Source of the DNA: Octopus sinensis
Taxonomy: Eukaryota
Assembly (NCBI RefSeq): GCF_006345805.1
Contig: NC_043002.1
Location: 37,696,001 to 37,760,000, forward strand
DNA: 64,000 nucleotides
Direction of reading: 5' to 3'
Made by a program: the position numbers and the translations under genes. Numbering within the stretch: the stretch's first letter is position 1; every line of letters starts with the position of its first letter. The notes under the pieces were generated by a model. The model saw only the letters and a program-made list of their open reading frames with translations. It had not been told where the DNA came from and did not search any database. Below are positions 63,943 through 64,000 of this stretch, one piece after another.

Positions 63943-64000
63943 GACGTATAATCAAATGAATGTTTTCATATTTAACTACTACTACCACCTTTATGATGTT

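Overview
AT-rich, microsatellite-saturated metazoan genomic DNA. The SINE families and repeat landscape look like an octopus (cephalopod) genome; this is an inference from recognition, not a database search. No host protein-coding exon can be supported, and almost every ORF in the supplied track is a translation of (TA)n/(CA)n/(TATC)n/(TATG)n or trinucleotide repeats. The real content is retroelements. (1) A young Penelope-like element (PLE; RT thumb plus C-terminal GIY-YIG) at 18.25-22.7 kb, with ~1 kb inverted pseudo-LTRs that each carry a canonical-core type I hammerhead ribozyme, next to an older PLE remnant. (2) A decayed Naiad-type PLE (CxC linker plus C-terminal RT) at 38.9-41 kb. (3) A GC-rich L1/Tx1-clade LINE and a second related 3' end, both in one (TATC)n tract at 24.2-26.6 kb. 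(4) Three R4/Dong-like RLE LINE ends in (CATA)n tracts at 49.3-50.7 kb. (5) A CR1-type 3' end with a (TAAC)n tail. (6) Many tRNA-derived SINEs, Tc1/mariner remnants and MITEs. Most notable: one SINE subfamily shares its 43-nt 3' tail with the Tx1-like LINE; a non-coding, (CA)-rich repeat present twice (1.1 and 2.9 kb) ends in a minimal hammerhead-like motif and sits in (TA)n; a CCGA-core hammerhead variant recurs in two unrelated repeat families; and different retroelement clades occupy different microsatellites. All translations and alignments were done by eye, so boundaries of decayed elements are approximate.
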